Below are positions 1-13,546 of a stretch of 64,000 bases of DNA, piece by piece. The stretch lies in NCBI RefSeq assembly GCF_009914755.1, contig NC_060944.1; one strand, 5' to 3'. Positions within the stretch are counted from its first letter, which is position 1. Each line of letters opens with the position of its first letter. This stretch comes from the human T2T-CHM13v2.0 reference genome, Homo sapiens. Both the position numbers and the translations under genes were made by a program. Below the pieces are notes generated by a model. That model made no database searches. It saw only the letters and a program-made list of their open reading frames with translations, and was not told where the DNA came from.

Positions 1-857
1 AAAAAGTTGAGTATTGTCAAAGGAACAACTTGCTCATCCCATTGGCTGATTGAACATAAATTATCTTCATCCTTTTATGCCTCTTCAGCTCATTTATAAG
101 GTATTGCCCTTTATTATGACAGATTTTATGATATTTTGTGATGACCAGCCATGAAGAGAAAAAGGTTTAATGCACTGACATCTAATTTTATTTTCTCTGG
201 TACCTATTCATTTTTTAGAAGCATTTGACTTTGTGCCAGTTTAAGCAAGAAACTTTAAAAAGGAGATGATGACAGGGTTGGGAATTAAACCTTTAAATCA
301 GAACAGGATTGGAAAGACAAATCACAAAGAGATTTCAGTCATTTAGCTTCCCTCCTAGCATGTTAATAAGTGGTACTCACAAAATAAAAAAAAGCACCAT
401 ACCAGCCTGTTCTCTGTAAAATGTAGGTGTAGTATGTGCCATTTCTAGGCTGGACGATGAGTTATTAACACCAACCCAAACTAAGGGGAGGGTGAAAACA
501 TACACTGAGCACTTAATATATCCAAATCCCATAATTGATATTTTATTTACATTGTCTCACTTTACCTTCAATAAATACTGCAAAATTGCTATAATTTTTT
601 TAGTATTAAAATGTGAAAAATAAACTTACAGTTAGAATGAACAAGTTCTGTGGACCTATTGTTCAGCATGGTAATGCTAGTTAATGATAATATCTTGTAA
701 ACTTTAAAGTTGCTAACACAGTAGATCTTTAATGTTCTCACCACAAAAAAAGATAAGTATGTGAGGTGGTAGATATATTTATTCATTTGAATTAATTTTT
801 TCAAACTGCATACATACATCAAAGCATCACATTGTACACCATAAATATAAATCATTT

Positions 858-1171
<314 letters not shown>

Positions 1172-1194
<23 letters not shown>

Positions 1195-1312
1195 TATTTG
1201 TGTATATACACGTATATGTGTGTGTGTGTGTGTGTATATATATAAAGGTATACATATATAAAGGTATATATAAAGATATATATATATATAAAGGTATATA
1301 TATATATACACA
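1172..1312. repeat. Compound (TA)n/(TG)n microsatellite with TATATAAAGGTATA-type units
   Basis: Read directly after the Alu tail. Confidence 0.95.
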
Positions 1313-1689
1313 CTATTTTGTCAATTACATCTTAAAGCTTGGAGATTTTTTGAATATATACAATAGAAACTGGAAGAAGAAGGAGGTAAATTTAAGCTTG
1401 CTTCACACTTTGGCTTTCTTTTTACAAAGCAAAATACCTGTTTGCTTGTCCTTTGCACCTGCAGTTTCCTCCGGTTGAATGGTCTTTTCCCAGATTTTTG
1501 CATGGCTGTCTTCATCTTATCATTTGTCTCAACAAAAATTTCTTGGGGTTAAGGAGGGATCTTCCCTATGGAAAGTTTCTTCCAACTCCCAACCCTTGAT
1601 TCTCTCCTGCATCATCCTGGATTTGTTATGTTTGTACACATTTCATAAGAAAGTAGTTCACTGTTTATATGCTCATTGCTTATTTTGTC

Positions 1690-1805
1690 TTTCTAATTAT
1701 GCCAAGTTTATCAGGGCAAGGGCCTTGTATATCTTATTTGTGACCTTATCTCCAGTGCTTAGAAGAATCTCTGGCAAAGAGTAATTGCTCAGTGAGTACT
1801 TTTTA
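1690..1805 (+). mobile_element. L2 3' end fragment
   Basis: CAGGGCAAGGGCCTTGT...CCAGTGCTTAGAAGAATCTCTGGCAAAGAGTAATTGCTCAG resembles the L2 terminus. Confidence 0.6.
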
Positions 1806-1829
1806 AGGTTTATCAATATAGTTTTTAGC

Positions 1830-2080
1830 CAGAGACACTGAAACTCGAAAAAGAGAAGTCACTTGCTCAAGATCACATGTCATGAAAATGGCAGCGCTGG
1901 GTCTAAAACCCAGGCAGTAGCTCTAATAGGTGACAGAGAGAGCAATTACCTTTTTGTCACTCACTCTTCGAAGTGCTTCAGATGTATTAACTCATTAATT
2001 CCCACTACAATGCACTTCGTTTTCATTCACATATTACAGATAAGGAAAATAAAACAGAAAGTTTCAATAACTTGCCGAAA
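1830..2080 (-). mobile_element. MIR fragments
   Basis: ACTGAAACTC..AAGTCACTTGCTCAAGATCACA and ATATTACAGATAAGGAAA core motifs. Confidence 0.6.
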
Positions 2081-2619
2081 GTATCTTACTTTATTGTCCA
2101 CCACCCCTTCTCTACACTGTACTGTCTCTCAAGCATAGCTTTCAGAATATTATTCATTCTTTTATTTAATAAAAAGTGAGAATGTTCTTTAGCCTAATCT
2201 CCTCTGCTCAGGTAAGGGAGAGGGGAACTGAAATATAAGTTTTCCAATCATCTGCACAGGCTTTATTTACTAACACAGTGAATTGTAGTCTGCTTACGTA
2301 GAGTCACTCAATGAACATTTGTTAATGAATGAATGAGTGATTGAAATGGCATATATTCAAAAGGAACAGAACATTTATTTCAGGATCACTGAAAGTAGTT
2401 GATTGATGTGTTCATTGATTTAGATTGTGTAATTTAACCTTACCCAAGACTTCTTATAGCTTGGAAGTTATTATCCTTCCTTTACAGAGGAGGAACTTGA
2501 GTATGCACAAAATGTGATGTGTCATTATGCTTGTTTACATTCCAATTACCTGTGAGGGTTGAACTGATATCTGAATGTGTAAGGTTGTAAAGGAGTCAGA
2601 CAGGTATCCACCCAAGTAA

Positions 2620-2790
2620 TAGTTCTGCCACTTAAGTTAGTACCTGTGGGAATTTGCAGATTTCACTTTACCTCTGAGTTTCCACTTACTCATCTCTAAA
2701 ATGGAAATACTAATAGTGCCTACCTAATGGCAAAGATTTAGTAAATTTTTAAATGTAAAGTTCTTAACACAGTGCCAACACATAGTGAAA
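2620..2790 (+). mobile_element. MIR
   Basis: TTCTGCCACTTA...CTCATCTCTAAAATGGAAATACTAATAGTGCCTACCT...CTTAACACAGTGCC. Confidence 0.7.
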
Positions 2791-3024
2791 AAACTTATGG
2801 GTGTTGGATTTCCTCATCTTGAGGCAAGACCAGTGTTAGATAAAGACCAAAGTTTATTCTTCACACTCCGTGATCTCAAGCCCGTCACTCTCTCTCATAT
2901 CATTGAAGTGGTTTGGGGATCAGCAAGATCCTAGGCATATCACTGTGTCCATCTCCTAGTGGGAGAGGGGGCTCTCCAGATATGCACTGGCTGCAGGGAG
3001 GGAGGCCCAACCTCCAAGAAAGCA

Positions 3025-3190
3025 AGATCCAGATTTTAATTCTGGTTCTTCTGCTTGTTCGTTGTGTGATCTTTGGGAAGTTACTTAACTCCTCTAAGTT
3101 TCAGTAGTCTTCAAATCTGTAAAATCGGGCTAATGCCTATATAATGTGGTAGTTATGATGATGATATGAGATAATATATGTATAACAGAG
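3025..3190 (+). mobile_element. MIR, interrupted by the THE1 LTR (resumes ~3574-3615)
   Basis: TGTGTGATCTTTGGGAAGTTACTTAACTCCTCTAAGTTTCAG...ATCTGTAAAATCGGG. Confidence 0.7.
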
Positions 3191-3568
3191 TGATACAGTT
3201 AAGCTTTGTGTCCCCACTCAATCTCATCTTGAATTATAATCCCCATAATGCACCTGTGTCAAGGGAGTGACCAGGTGGAGGTAATTGAATCATGGTGGTG
3301 GTTTCCCCCATGCTGTTCTCATGACAGTGAATGAGTTCTCACAAAATCTGATGGTTTTATAAGGGGTCTTCCCCTTTTGCTTGGCACTTCTCTTTCCTGC
3401 CGCCTTGTGAAGGGGGTGCCTTGCTTCCCCTTCAGCATTCACCATGATTGTCAGTTTTCTGAGTTCTCCCCAGCCATGCTGAACTGTGAAGTCAATTAAA
3501 CCTCTTTCCTTTATAAATTACCTAGTCTCAGGCAGTTCTTTATAGCAATATGAAAATAGACTAATACA
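3191..3568 (+). mobile_element. THE1C/D-type MaLR solo LTR
   Basis: TG...CTAATACA termini; GTCAATTAAACCTCTTTCCTTTATAAATTACC; imperfect 5-bp TSD CAGAG/CATAG. Confidence 0.9.
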
Positions 3569-4059
3569 CATAGTCTGGCTCAAAGGCATTGCTAAAAAAT
3601 GCTAACCAATAGTATTGATGTCTTTTAAATAAAAATGCCTAACTGGAAGCAGAAGTTGTACCTTTCTCATTGATCTTCAACTAGGTTTACTTGCCCCCTT
3701 ATTTGCCTATTTTCTGTTCCCAAATCTGTCAGTTCAAGGCAAAACCATGACCTCACCCTAACAATTGCATTCTGGGCATGTTAGTTGTATAATCACATTG
3801 CCCTGTCACGCTGGCATCTTTAATCATTTTAAAGGTAGTCTTGACTTGGCCATATTCTTGTTTAACTACTTTAAGCAAATTAATTAGCTTTGTGGGGCCC
3901 CCAATGCCATTAATTCATGGTCTATAAAACCTCAGACCTAATTGAACTTTTTAATATTGTGTCTTTACTACCTGATATAAGTGTCTTTTAAATTATTAGA
4001 ATTCCTACAGTTAATGCCTTATTAAATAGCTACATATATATGGAAGTATGAAAAATTTC

Positions 4060-4432
<373 letters not shown>

Positions 4433-4579
4433 TTATTATATGTTTAAAAATTACCAAGAAGTTTGAGTATGTAATGAGAAGTAGTAGGAATGCCTCATAT
4501 TTCTAGCTGGCAAAGAATACATGTGGTGTTAGGTATCTGAGAGTTTATCAGTTAATTTCCATTAACTAAAGTATATGAA

Positions 4580-5630
4580 CAATGAAATACTATCTTAAAG
4601 CTACAATAGAATGTCATTTCAAAACTTGTAAGATAACTGAAATCAAAGGGACAGATAATGACAAGTGTTGGCAAAGATGTGGAGAAATTGGTATCCTAAT
4701 ACACAGCTGGTGGGAATGCAAAGTGGTATGTCACTTTGGAAAACAATCTGGTAGTTCTCAGCCATTCCATGCATAGGTATATAGTCGAGAGAAGTGAAAA
4801 CATATGTTAACATAAAAATGTGTACACAAGTGTGCACAGCAGCATTATTCAAAATAGCCCAAATCTCTGTCAACTGATGAATGGATGACTACAATGTGCT
4901 AGGTCCATATAATGGAATATTATTTGGCAATAAAAAGGAATGAAGTATGGATGCAGACTACACATAAATAGACTTTGAAAATATTATGCTATGTAAAAGT
5001 ACCCAGTCCCAAAGGTACATATGGTACAATTTTATTTATATGCAGTGTCTAGAAGAAGCAAACTTTTAGAGACAGAAAGTAGAGTAATATTTGCCTAGGT
5101 CTGTAAAAGGAGGCAGAATGGAGAAAGGTTACTAATCAGCATAGAGTTTCTTTCTGGGGTTGCAAAAATATTTCTAAAATTAGATTTTGATAATGGTCGC
5201 ACAGTTTTGTAAATACAGTCAACCCTCTGTATTTGTGTTCCGCATCTGTGAATTCAACCAAGGATTGAAAACATTCAGAAAAAAAAGGATGGTTGCATCT
5301 TTACTAAACTTCTATAGATATTTTTCTTTGTCATTATTCCCTAAACAGTACATTATAACAACCATTTACATGCAATTTACACTATATTAGATATTATAAG
5401 ATGTAGAGATGATTTTAAGTGTATGTCAGAATGTGCGTAGGTTATATGCAAATACTACACCATTTTATATAAGAGAATGGAGCATCTGTAGATTTGGGGA
5501 TCCACAGGAGTTCCTGGAACCAATTCCCCATGGATACTGAGGGACAATTGTATATTAAAAACCGCTGAATAGTATACTTTGTGTGGACAAAATATAAGGT
5601 ATGTGAATTATATCTCAAAGAAGCTGCTTT
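4580..5630 (+). mobile_element. L1MB-type 3' region, interrupted by MER2
   Basis: ACAAGTGTTGGCAAAGATGTGGAGAAATTGG...; ends GGTATGTGAATTATATCTCAAAGAAGCTG. Confidence 0.8.
5216..5550 (-). mobile_element. MER2 (TcMar-Tigger non-autonomous element)
   Basis: Inverted termini CAGTCAACCCTCTGTAT / GGATACTGAGGGACAATTG flanked by TA; internal GTAGGTTATATGCAAATACTACACCATTTTATATAAG. Confidence 0.85.
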
Positions 5631-5699
5631 GAATTTTTCTAAAGAACCAAATTATACAAAAATAATAATCAAAGAAAAGGTATTTGGGAGCCAACTTAA

Positions 5700-6690
5700 T
5701 ACACTACAGGTAGAAGAATTTGAGTGTCAATATGGATAATAAATGCAATAAATTTAAATATGTTAAAAATCCATGAATTCATAATGATACTTTAAAACTC
5801 TCATTGCTTTGCTTTACAGAATATTAGGAAGCCAACTTAATTTTCTAAAAATATGTAAGTTAATGGCAAAATCAAGCATTTAACCTGCCCCTTCTATTCA
5901 AACAGCAACTTAGAGTAACCCTGTAATCTATAAGAAAAAAAAATCCCTTTTTAGACACATTCAGCTGATAAGAAGGAACTATAGAATTATTATATTAACA
6001 TTTTATAAGTCATTAAAAATAATGAATCTAGGTATTGGTCATAAATGGCCGCTAATATATTAAAAAGAGGCCAGGCATGGTGGCTCACGCCTGTAATGCC
6101 AGCAGTTTGGGAGGCCAAGGTGGGCAGATTGCCCAAGCCCAGGGTTTTGAGATCAGCCTGGGCAACATGGTGAAACTCCATCTCTACAAAAAAACACAAA
6201 AAATTAGCTGGACATGGTGGTACATATCTGTAGTCCCAGCTACTTGGGAGGCTGAGGTGGTAGGATCCCCTAAGCCAGGGGAGTTTGAGGCTGCAGTGAG
6301 CATGGATCACTTCACTGTGCTCCAGCCTATTTCTTTGACCCTGTCTCAATAAATAAATAAATAAATAAGATTTCACTACTAATTAGGTGCATCCTGATGG
6401 AATTATGCAATGATACTTGTACATTTATTATTTATTTTTGCCCAAATAAATCAAACCTCTGACCAGAGTTACATTCAATGACATCATGGGGAAGCAGAGA
6501 GTGAAATCCGGTATGTGGGGACAGTACTGGATAAATAGCCCAGTTTCATTAACAAAATTAATCGCAAAGAAGAAGAATGAAGAAGCAATTCTTGATTTAA
6601 AGAAATTTAAGGGACATATTGAAATGTAACATGTGGGTTCAGTGGATTTAAATTAGAACCAACCAACTATAAATAAATAAATAAATTTCC
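5700..6690 (+). mobile_element. Old L1 (L1MC/ME) 3' fragments
   Basis: AAATCCATGAATTCATAATGATACT, AAAATCAAGCATTTAACCTGCC; split by an AluJ. Confidence 0.55.
6069..6370 (+). mobile_element. AluJ
   Basis: Diverged dimer with J-type GAGGCTGCAGTGAG; (AAAT)n tail. Confidence 0.9.
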
Positions 6691-6899
6691 AGTGTTGATA
6701 GTCAAATTTTACCTATATATATACAAATTTATGAATCAATCTGGTTTCAGCACAGCAGGATTTTATTTTCCAGGTAATGTCCTTGAGAATGCATGCTTTC
6801 CTTCATCTTTCTCTTCTGCCTCAGTATCTTGCAGCCTCTTTCTCCTCATGGAGGAAAAGATGGTCTCTGTATTTCTGGACTTCCACTATTCTTTCTGCT

Positions 6900-7430
6900 C
6901 AAAATCCCAGGAAAATCCCACTTCCCTCTCTCCCCCAGCATGGTGTGCACTTACTGACTTGCTTCCAAGAGCAGAGTATGGAAAGCAGGCTCAGAAGGGT
7001 GAGGCACTGACATTACAGTGCAGGAACCTGGCAAAACTGCTTCATTCATATGCAGTGCATTATATTAACATCCTATAGAATAAGTCATAGTGATAGTACA
7101 TACCCTTGATATGATGTGTTGAGAAGGGCACTTCCCTTCTGTGGCATTCTTCCCACAAACCCATAACTCAGTCTAAGCAAAACAACAAACATCAGACAAA
7201 CCCAAATTGAAGGATATTTTAATAAATACCTGACCAATAATGCTCAAAACTATTTAAGACATGAAAAGCAAGGAAAATATGTGAAACTCACAGACAAAAA
7301 AAGCCTAAGGAGACATAAGATGCCTAAATGTAATATGAAATCCTGAGGAGGAGAAGATCTTAGAACAGAAAAAGAATACTAGTGGCAATACTAGTGAAAA
7401 TCAAATAAAGCATGGAGTTCAGTTATTTAA
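6900..7430 (+). mobile_element. L1MC/MD 3' UTR fragment
   Basis: CACTTACTGACTTGCTTCCAAGAGCAGAGTATGGAAAG; AACATCAGACAAACCCAAATTGAAGGA. Confidence 0.7.
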
Positions 7431-7795
7431 AAACAGATAAACAATAACCAAAAATGCAAGGATTCCCAGGGGCTGTGTTTAATCACAGGTTCAGGCTTGG
7501 CAAAAAAGCGGCACCAAACCAAACCAACAAACCCAAGACACAAAAGCAAGTTAGTGCTCATGATACGGTTGATGTAATGGCTAGTTTGAGTCATAGAAGA
7601 ATTCTGTGGTGGGTTGTTGGAGCCCTTTAACAAATAATCACCTGTAGAAGAAGGCTTCCTTCACCAGAATAAATGAGGAGCAAGCAAATCATAGCTCTCC
7701 ACCATGGGCAAGGGAGCTACATGCTTCTGGGCAATGTCAGGGCACAGAGCAGCAGAACTCCAGCATGTGTCATACCAAATATTCTCTAAATATAT

Positions 7796-7904
7796 TTAGG
7801 TTGGTGCAAAAGTAATCATGTTTTTTTTTGTTGTTGTTGTTTTTTGTGTGTGTGTGCCATTAAAGGTCATGACAAAAACCACAGTTGCTTTTGCACCAAC
7901 CTAA
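7796..7904. mobile_element. MADE1 (Hsmar1 MITE) with an internal simple-repeat expansion
   Basis: TIRs TTAGGTTGGTGCAAAAGTAAT / TTGCTTTTGCACCAACCTAA followed by TA. Confidence 0.92.
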
Positions 7905-8649
7905 TAGCAATTTTGAGAAAGACGCCTCCCCTTAATTTCTTTATTTCTTTTAATCCTTCAAAACAGAGGTATTATGCTCACAACTTAATCGATGATTTAC
8001 AGTTTCTACATCATTCCACTTTTTCCTACATACTGGAAAGTATTTTTAGAGACTCAGAGAAGTTCATTTTTGAATTGACTCTGCATTATTGGACCAAATC
8101 CTCAGAATCCTTCAGACAGCTTCCTGGAATGTCCTCATTACTATAGCGTTTAACAGTGAGCCAGTTTCTTAGCTGTTGAGTCCTATACATTTAAAGGAAT
8201 TGAAACCATGAAGGCTCAGGGAACTTCAGCTTAATCTGAACAAACTGGAATTACTGGATATCACTGGCTACATCTGTCTGTATGAAAGCATAGTCTGTAG
8301 ATCTAATAAAGTGCTTTGGAGGTTGGTTTTAATATAAATTTTAACTATTATACATGTGTCAAGAAGAAACGAACTATTCAAAGATAAGTGTTTCTAGTCT
8401 TTCTTTCTTCTTTCTCTTCCCATAAAGTCCCCTTTGTTACCATGGGTTGACCACCTTTTTAAGGCTGGCAAGAGAAATCAAGACAGAGGCAGTGCTGGTG
8501 ACATGAGGAAGAAGGTGAGTGTCTCACTAGAAGAAATATCATAAAGCTACATCCTGAGAAAAAGCAAAGGCCTTGATGGCAGACCAGGTAACAGAGAGGC
8601 ATTTCAGAGTTCAGAATATTCACAAAATAATTCACATTCTTGTAAAATA

Positions 8650-8750
8650 CAAGCCCTGTGAGGGCAGAAACTGTGACTGTCTCACTGACTATTTTGCCAT
8701 AGCACCCAGTGCAAGGCTTGGAACACACTGATAAATAAATCATAAATAAA
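8650..8750 (+). mobile_element. L2 3' end fragment
   Basis: AAGCCCTGTGAGGGCAGAAACTGTG...CCCAGTGCAAGGCTTGGAACAC. Confidence 0.6.
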
Positions 8751-10653
8751 GACAGCAAAACAAAAACAAAATCTAAATAATAACTGCTGAGTTACTTGAA
8801 ACTTTCGGAAAAGAAACAACCGAAGGAATTTCTAGGAAGTTTTGCAGTAATATGGTGACAAAATTCACTCTTTTGGTTCCTCTGCAAGAAAGTACAAGGA
8901 ACAACTGAGGCTGTTGAAGCCAAATCTGTAGTTCTTCTTGGTGTGTGTGTACATGTCTGTGTGCAGGTTTACATTAAGGAGACCAAGCAGTTACAGATGT
9001 ATTCATTTATAACACTCATAAACACACACCATTACTCTTATCCCTACACTCCATATTTACATTATAATTATATCTGTGCAATTGAAAAATGAGGAAAAGG
9101 CACATTTGCAAAAATTACTGCTTTCCCATTTCACACCTCTGTCACTCATTACCACCGTGTGATCAAAGAAACTTGAAAAATTAAAAGGACACAATTCCAA
9201 AAATAATTATCTAATGCCCAAAGGGGTCTGGGATAGCTTAATTTTGACTAGAACTAAGCAGATTTGGCTGAATCAAATATTGCTTCCTTGGTGTCACAAG
9301 GCCATTCTTGATGATCTTCATAGTGTGTATAAGGTAACTCAGATGTTTTGTGGGTGACAAAGACTCTTTGGATGGAAATCAGATGCTATGACAACATCAC
9401 AAATAAGAGAGAAGGCAGAATTTTAAAGACGTAAAGACTATCGTCTCTGACTCAATATACCTGTACTTAGTTTATGGTCTTATCCCAAAGCTTTATACAT
9501 CTAGGTAGAGAGTAAGTGTAAACTCCTCAATGCCTAATGTTTAAGAAGATTTTATTGCTGTAACCTAAGCATTGGGTTTCAACATTTCACTCATTTCTGG
9601 TCTTCTTTTTGTTTCTTTTGTGAGACTGACAATAGGTGGTTAATCTTGGGAGAGACAGATGCTTCTTTTTTAAAGCAATCAATTGTCACATTCCATCTAT
9701 AAAGGGAAAGGAATTACTAAAGAGTAAATAATGGTTTTATTATTTTTGCATTTACTATGTAACAATTGATATTTATTGTTTTTTAATCCATTTAGTATCC
9801 TGTGATTTAATTAATACTCTGAATTCTATAGATGTGCATACACACATATATAGAAAAAATATATACTGAGTTTTAGTGTCATGGTTAACTTTAATAGAAA
9901 GATTCAACAGAAGCTATAAAATGAAGATGAATGATTAGGATAGAGTTTGCCATGTTTTTATTAGAGTATGAAATTGTAGTTTATTTCTATTTTTTAATGA
10001 CGGGAGTGTATTCTGAATCTATAATTTCCCTGGCTTTGTATCTGAATAGGTCTTGATGGGGAACAGAGAGTCTACTTGGAAGAGGTAATTAGAGAGGAAT
10101 TAATGAATGAACTATTAATGCAAAGGTGTAGGCAGAGTAGAGAGAAACAATAAGTAAGAGAAATATCCAAGGACTCACCAAGCCAGGAACCTATGCGCCT
10201 TTAGATATGAGGGACCACCAGAAGGGAGCTTATGTCTAAACTAGACACATAGAGTGCTCAGATTAAACATTATTTCTGAGTGTGTTTCTGAGGGTGTTTT
10301 CAGATGAGATTAGCATTTGAATCGAGTGGACTCAGTAAAGTAGATTTTCTTCCCCAGTGTGAATGGACATCATGCAGTCTACAATCCATTGAGGGCCTGT
10401 ATGACACAAAAGGCTAAGGAAGGATAAATTTACCCTTTTTGCTTCCTGCCTGCCAACTTGAGCTAAAACATCTCATTTGATCTTTTCTGGCACTTGGACT
10501 GGAATTTGGATGCCCTGGTTCTTGGGCCTTTGCACTAGAACTAAATTATACTATTAGCTTTCCTGAATCTCCTACTTGCATTAGGCAGATCATGAGAATT
10601 CCCAGCCCTCTTAGTTGCATGAGAAAATTCCTCATAATAAATCTCTCTCTCTC

Positions 10654-10656
<3 letters not shown>

Positions 10657-10700
<44 letters not shown>
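10657..10700. repeat. (TG)n microsatellite
   Basis: About 21 uninterrupted TG units. Confidence 0.97.
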
Positions 10701-10705
<5 letters not shown>

Positions 10706-10741
10706 CATATATTTCTTTATGTACATATTTTTTCTCACCTT

Positions 10742-10935
10742 ATCCTCTTTCCCCCTCCTCCTCCTTCCTTCTTCCTCCTCCTACTGGTGCTGCTACTGTT
10801 TCTCCTCCTCCTCCATTGCCGCTCCTCCCCCTCCCCTCCCCCCTCCCTCCCCTCCTCCTCCTCCTCTTCTTCTTCTTCTCCTCCTCCTCCTCCCTCTTCT
10901 TCTCCCTCTTCTTCTTCCCCCTCCCTCCTCATCTT
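10742..10935. repeat. (CCT)/(TCT)-rich polypyrimidine low-complexity tract
   Basis: Read directly. Confidence 0.95.
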
Positions 10936-11929
10936 TTACATCTTCGTTATCATAATCTCCTACCAGTTATATTTCTCTGAGGAACTCTAATAGAGAGCTA
11001 TTTCCAGATGCAGATCAGTCTTGGAAATGCTGCTCTTCCTAGGTGGAAGAACACAGTCAATACGTACCAAACTTAGCATGAAGGCACTAGATTTTAAAAT
11101 GTTCTAATTTTGTTCTAGTATGTGTTTTGTGCCTCTTATTGGCTAAATCCAACTAGAGGCTAGATTGCAAGGGAGTACTGCTGATGCAGGTCACAGAAGT
11201 CAGCCTTGCAGAATTCAGTGATGACCCCACAGTATGAATAAACTTGGCAATCCTTTACTTCTTAGCGATTTGTATTAAGTCTTTGAGTTACAGATTTTTA
11301 GTACAGGCAAAATAGTATATTGGTAAAATAATAATAATGCCATAATTTCTCAATTATGCTCCAATCTTAAGCTACATTTCTTCCATTCTATAGTAACTGC
11401 ACTAGTATTTGGAGCAGTAACATAATTTAGATGTACCATTATTCCATTTCCAAAAATGTTGGTGGTCTTTCATCTGTGTCAGCATTATGGACAGTAATAG
11501 AGCATTTAGAAAAAAAAATGACAAATCTTAGAAGAGATTTTATTTTCAACACAAGCTATCAATGTAGCATTGGATAAGCTCTTTATTTTCTTTAAACATT
11601 CAGTTCCAACTCTATAAAACAAAAATTTGGACCAAATGGTATGGAAGTTGAACAATTATATATACTTTCATGATCTGAGATGAAAATGTTCATTTATCTC
11701 TAGAATTGTTTTAGAGGTAAAGCATGTTCAATTCAATACATGCCCACTTGAAACACAGAGTTAAATAAAAGATCTTGTTGCTATCATAAAACTGTATCTT
11801 TCATATGAAAAATATAAACAATGAAATATTGGATACTTGAATTTAAATTTTGGTTCCTCTGCTTTTGACTTTTCTGCTTTTAAAATAAGTCAGATGTGTG
11901 GTTATAAGAAGGATTGGAAAAGTTGAGCT

Positions 11930-12242
11930 GACAAGCCAAGTTGCCCTGAGTCCAATTTTTGAAGAACTGTGAACACTTCAAATAAATGGTTATTGCCATT
12001 TGTAAATCACTGGGTAAAAACAAGAATAATATTTATGACACATGAAAATTATATGCATTTTAAATTTTACTGTTCATAAGTAAAGTTTTATTGGAACACT
12101 GCCACAGTTATTTGTTTATATGCTGTCTGTGATTGCCTACATGCCACCACACAGAATTGAGTAGCTGTGACAGCAACTGTGTGAGCCTCAAAGTCTATCA
12201 TTTTTACTGTCTGGCTATTTACAGAAAGTTTGCTTTCCCCTG
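11930..12242. mobile_element. MER58B (hAT-Charlie)
   Basis: ATGACACATGAAAATTATATG...TAAAGTTTTATTGGAACAC...TTTACAGAAAGTTTGC..CCCCTG. Confidence 0.8.
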
Positions 12243-13045
12243 AGATATACTGAAACAAGAAGAATCTATGTTCAAAGGGAAAACGACATAAATGAGCTAG
12301 GTCATCTGAAGGTCTGGAGACTGGAAAGAAAACATAATTAGAAAGGTCTAATGTAAAAGGCAAGTTATTCTAGGATGTATGTGTGTATGTTTGTGTGTTT
12401 TGATTATGAACTATGAAGATCTTTGGCCCACTGAATACAAAGTCAGCAGTATTTGCCAACACTTGCAGAAAGTGATCCTCAGGATTTGAGATTGCCTTGG
12501 AACGTATTCTTAAATATTCTCAAAATAACTGACTTTCAAGTGTACTTGTCTCATTCCCACAGGGCAGATCCCTTTTGTACTTGGGTTATAAATTCATGAA
12601 GAATTCTTAGTCATCCCAAAAAGAGTGACTAAGTAAGACAACCATCATATGTTTGCTCTCTTTGTAGTTTAGAATGGCAAGGGAATAATTCTGAGGTTAT
12701 TGGAAGGTGGTTCGTTTGTTCCCACCCTCCCTTCCTTCCTTCCTTTCTTCCTTTCTTCCTTTCTTCCTTCTTCCTTCTTCTTTCTTGCATTCCAGCAAGG
12801 GAAATGAAATACATAGAAAGGAGGAATAGCTCGAAGAACTAATAGCCTGCCTGGAGTTGAGTACTGGAATGAGTATATGGGAAGAATGGAGATAAACCTA
12901 GATAAACCTACTTCTTATTTTTATGGAGTAAACAAAAGTGGAAATATTCAAATACAAAAATAATCAGTTGACATTGAACAAGTAAAACCCTATTTTTAGG
13001 CTTTTAATAGTCAGTTAACATTGAACAAGTAAAAGGAGTTGCTGA

Positions 13046-13132
13046 TTATTTTTATTATTATTATTATTTTTTTTTTGAGATGGAGTCTCGCTCTATTGCC
13101 CAGGCTGGAGTGCAGTGGCATGATCTTGGCTC
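13046..13132 (-). mobile_element. Alu 3' fragment (tail plus ~55 nt of the right arm)
   Basis: T-rich tail then GAGATGGAGTCTCGCTCT...GATCTTGGCTC. Confidence 0.9.
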
Positions 13133-13138
13133 CCAACC

Positions 13139-13496
13139 TGATATGGTTTGGCTATGTCCCCACCCAAATCGCATCTTGAATTGTAGCTCCCATAATTTCC
13201 ATGTGTAGTGGGAAGGACCCGGTGGGAGGTAATTGGATCATGGGGGCAGGTGTTTCCCATGCTGTTCTCATGATAGTGAATAAGTCTCATGAGATCTGAC
13301 AGTTTTATAAAGGGGAGTTCTCCTACAAAAACTCTCTTGCCTGCCGCCATGTAAGATGTGCCTTTGCTTCTCTTTTGCCTTCCACCATGATTGTGAGGCC
13401 TCTTTATGGAACTGTGAGTTCATTAAACCTCTTTCCTTTATAAATTATGCCCTCTTGGGTATGTCTTTATTAGCAGCGTGAGAACAGACTAATACA
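13139..13496 (+). mobile_element. THE1B solo LTR
   Basis: TGATATGGTTTGGCT...GGGTATGTCTTTATTAGCAGCGTGAGAACAGACTAATACA; perfect TSD CAACC. Confidence 0.93.
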
Positions 13497-13546
13497 CAAC
13501 CTAATTAGCATCATGTTTTAGGAAGTTATGTGTTCAGTGAATACAC

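Larger units (their letters stand above)
10230..10992 (+). mobile_element. MLT2 (ERVL) LTR with expanded internal microsatellites
   Basis: AAACATTATTTCTGAGTGTGTTTCTGAGGGTGTTTTCAGATGAGATTAGCATTTGAATC; CATAATAAATCTCTCT; terminal TTTCTCTGAGGAACTCTAATA. Confidence 0.85.

Noticed and set aside
8428-8520. Plus-strand exon candidate ending AAG|GTGAGT at 8514
   Set aside because: Good donor but ambiguous AAG acceptors, no partner exons, and the nearby ATG is followed immediately by a stop
10541-10990. Overlapping Pro/Ser/Leu/Glu-rich ORFs
   Set aside because: Stop-free only because of simple repeats inside the MLT2 LTR
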